Position numbers and translations under genes: made by a program
Notes under the pieces: model-generated
What the model was told of the DNA's origin: nothing
Databases searched by the model: none
The model's input: only the letters and a program-made list of their open reading frames with translations
Assembly: GCA_013239625.1 (NCBI GenBank)
Contig: MU053594.1
Span: 248,001 to 273,101 of the forward strand
Source of the DNA: Lama guanicoe
Lineage: Eukaryota
Length of the DNA: 25,101 nucleotides
Direction: 5' to 3'
Shown here: in pieces, positions 21,911 through 25,101 of the stretch
Layout: each line of letters starts with the position of its first letter
Position numbering within the stretch: position 1 is the first letter of the stretch

Positions 21911-23029
21911 CATTGGGGTCCATGTAAATGATACCCCTGGGGTTGTTCAGTGCACAACCTGTGCGGCCTGCCACAGCCACCCTGTGCGAGCAGGGGATGA
22001 TGAGACTGGTCCCAAACCCCAAGATGCACCACTGTAGACCTTCAGGGTTGGACCTCTCACCCCACCCCCACTTCCCTCTATCTCTCTTATATCAGACCCC
22101 TTAAGGATGCTACTGCTTAACTGTGGCCTGGACCCAGGGGGATTTCGGTTCTACTCACAAATGCTGGGGAATCCCCAGGGAACTCTCAGGAAGCTAGGGA
22201 GACGCCCAAATCCATCTTCCCCTTTAGCAACACAATTGCTCTTTCTCTTTACTCAGCAGGAGGGCGTATGAGTTTCCTACACCACAAAAGGGATTATTAA
22301 CGAAAAGTAAACCTTTAGGGGAATGATTTACCCCAGCCCCATTTAGCCAGCTTTCAACCCCGTGGGGCACATCCCCTGCCAGCAGCGCCCCCTCCACACT
22401 GTACCCAACGCCCGCACAAGCACAGGGCAGCATCTCCCACTGGAGGGGCGGTTGGGGGGGGTGGAGGGAGTTGTTAGAACCGTGCCCTTTGAGTAGACGA
22501 GGTGGGGACCCTCGGAGCCCCTCCCTCCATGCCTTTGCCTGCCCAGCGCAGCTTCCTGCTCCAGCCCATCTTTCTTCCTGGGGACAGGAGGGCAGAGGCC
22601 GGGCTAGGACTCCATGCAGCTCTGCTGAGGACATGCGGCATTCGACCTGTGACCCCACAGGAAATCCTTCCAACCTCTGAGGCAAACCTCAGGAGGAGAA
22701 CCATGACCCCATAGTGGACAAAGGGCAGTGTGAAGGCGTCTCCTCCCTTCCCCCAGCCCAGGATCGCTGGCCTCCAGCGTCTGCAGGAGAGGAGGCACTC
22801 ACAACCGACCAACCCCTGTAGGGTCTCAGCCATGAAAGGGGGCCAGGGAAACCATAAAGGCGTGAGATGCATACATCCCGCTGACCCGGGACAGCCCCCC
22901 TCTACAGCTTGCTGTCCACGGGCAATTATTAATACCTCTGCTTCCACGACAGAAATGCTCTGGTTTGGCTGATAATTACAGTATCATTCCAGTAGAAAGG
23001 GACTTGCATAGAAACCACACCACTATGCC

Positions 23030-23140
23030 CTTCATTCATCCAAGTATCGAACCTCTGCACTGAGCCTGGCCCAGGTCTGGCCCTGGAGATGCAGGGCTGA
23101 GTAAGAAGCTGTCAGTCCCTGCTGTGGGAGCTCACGGATT
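23030..23140 (-). mobile_element. L2 3' terminus
   Basis: ttcattcatccaagtatcg...ctggagatgcagggctgagtaag...gtccctgctgtgggagctcac. Confidence 0.6.
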
Positions 23141-24429
23141 TTGGCAGCTACAGCCCCAAACCAGTTGTGGCACAACATGGAAGTTCTGGGGGAAAGTGAT
23201 TCATTCTCTCAAAGGATCTTAGAACATTCACTGAAGAAGTGACATCAGGGACTTCAGTGGTCAACCAGCCTCTTCAAGGCCACCCCCTCTCCCCGAATTC
23301 TGCACCCATCTCCTCAGGGTTACCTGCCCGCCTATTCTCCAGTGCTTTTTTGGCTGCTGGATCTCTCTTCCGCCTTACTCCTGCCCCCCCACCCACATCA
23401 GCAGTGATGGGGAGAGGTAAAGAGTAGATCAGAGAAAGGGTGGCAGATAAGGGCTCCCACCTCAGGGCAGGTGTCGCTCTTGGACCACAGCGCACTCACT
23501 CACCACATGCAAAGCATGGATGACGTGCCAGGCACCGTGTGAGCGGCGGACGGGAAGAGAAATACCTGTCTTTGGGGATTACAGGCTGGGAGCCAGGATA
23601 AATGCTGAACAAATCAGCCACCAATAAATAAATGAATTTCAGTCCTTGAGAGACTAAAGAGGGTAGGGGGTGTTGAGAGCGCACACACACACTGGGTGAG
23701 GCTAAAGGAATGGGAGAAACACTCCCTCCCCTAAACAAGACTTTTGAGGGGTGAGCCTTGCATGGGGATTTTAAGCCCCGTGACAAACCCACGTGGCAGA
23801 TAGATTTGAGCTTCTTTAGTGAGAACCAGAAAAATGAGTCCTTGGGTGGAAAGGGCACGGAGTGGCTATGTCAGCAAAGAGAAGAAGAAAGAGCTCAGAG
23901 CTGGAGCCTCAGGCTATGAGGAAGTGTCACCCGGATGGAAAGTCAGGATTTCCTGGACCCTAACCTGGGAAGCTCCCCTAGAGGCTACCCGTCCATCGCC
24001 CTGCCTGCACTGCTTTCATAAAGAGGGGAGACCAGGAAAAGGGGAGGGCGTCTCTGTTAAAGTCTTCAGAGGGAGGTGATTCTGCACCTCACCCTGTGTT
24101 TAATACCTCTTGCCTCAGGTAGCCCCAGGAAGAAAAGCAGACTCTGGGAGTCAGGGAGGGAGGGGAGACAGAGGCTGATCTTACATCTCCTGCCAGGCTG
24201 GGGGCCTGGACTCATTGCTTTCATAGCCCCTTCTCCTAAGGCCATAAAATAGCTCAAAATCACCGCCATAAAGCTATTGCACAAATGTATGCTACCTAGT
24301 AAAATGTAATAGTTCTTATATAGTATTAATTAAATGGGTCTGAAATGGATAACACCTCATTTTTGCTGTGCAAGGGCCTGGGCAGGAGGTTCTAGATTTA
24401 TACGCAAGAGCACTAGTAAAACCATAGTT

Positions 24430-24592
24430 AAAATTTAACAAGCATTTACTTTGCGCTGGACCTTTGACTTGCATTGCCTCTTTTAATCCTGCTAATAGTC
24501 CCATAATCTAGGTACTGTTATTGTGTCAATTTTACAGATGAGGAAAACTGAAGCACAGGAAAGGTAAGCAACTTGTCCAAGATCACAGAGTC
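24430..24592 (-). mobile_element. MIR SINE
   Basis: aggtactgttattgtgtcaattttacagatgaggaaaactgaagcacaggaaaggtaagcaacttgtccaagatcacag. Confidence 0.85.
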
Positions 24593-24712
24593 ATAGGTAG
24601 AATGACGGCTCCCCTCAAAGATAACTACTTCCTAATACAAGAACCTGTGGTTGTGTTGCATTACAAGGTGAAAGGGACTTTGCCGATGTGATCGATTTAA
24701 AGATCTTGAGAC
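24592..24712 (+). mobile_element. MLT1D-like LTR 5' part, cut by an L1
   Basis: aggtagaatgacggctcccctcaaagat...cctaatacaagaacctgtg...aaagggactttgccgatgtgat...aagatcttgaga. Confidence 0.7.
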
Positions 24713-25101
24713 TTGCTTTTATTTCTTCTAGGAGAAAATTTTTGAAATGTATGTCAGATAATGTTTTGCCTATGTTTTCCTCTAGGAGGTTTATTGTATC
24801 TTGTCTTATGTTTAAGTCTTTAATCCATTTTGAGTTGATTTTTGTATATGGTGTAAGGGTGTGTTCTAGCTTCATTGTTTTACATGCTGCTGTCCAGTTT
24901 TCCCAACACCATTTGCTGAAGAGACTGTCTTTATTCCATTGTATATTCTTGCCTCCTTTGTCGAAGATTAGTTGACCAAAGGTTTGTGGGTTCATTTCTG
25001 GGCTCTCTATTCTGTTCCATTGGTCCATATGTCTGTTTTGGTACCAATACCATGCTGTCTTGATGACTGTAGCTCTATAGTATTGTCTGAAGTCTGGGAG
25101 A
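24713..25101 (-). mobile_element. Young LINE-1 ORF2 fragment running off the window
   Basis: Translation [44 protein letters not shown]...[16 protein letters not shown] is the canonical L1 ORF2p C-terminal region, in frame. Confidence 0.97.

Noticed and set aside
22380..22400. CTCF-like GGAGGGGGCGCTG (minus strand)
   Set aside because: The 5' half of the motif matches poorly and the GC-rich context makes a chance match likely.
24615..25028. 137-aa ORF as a host gene
   Set aside because: It is L1 ORF2 reading through into flanking MLT1D sequence.

Overview
Mammalian non-coding DNA, very probably from a camelid (a tylopod-type tRNA-derived SINE lies at ~5596-5768). I find no credible host protein-coding exon or RNA gene; the only real protein homology is a LINE-1 ORF2 fragment at the right edge, and the other ORFs look spurious. 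The left ~9 kb is repeat-poor, with a CpG-island-like start, two good CTCF-like motifs and several AT-rich blocks dense in homeodomain, ETS and octamer motifs that look like enhancers. The right ~16 kb is mostly interspersed repeats (L1, L2, MIR, MER5, MER94, MLT1, LTR16), several nested or with readable target-site duplications. Repeat subfamilies were recognised by eye, so names and boundaries are approximate. The locus cannot be identified from sequence alone, and I see no clearly novel biological system; the best leads are regulatory.
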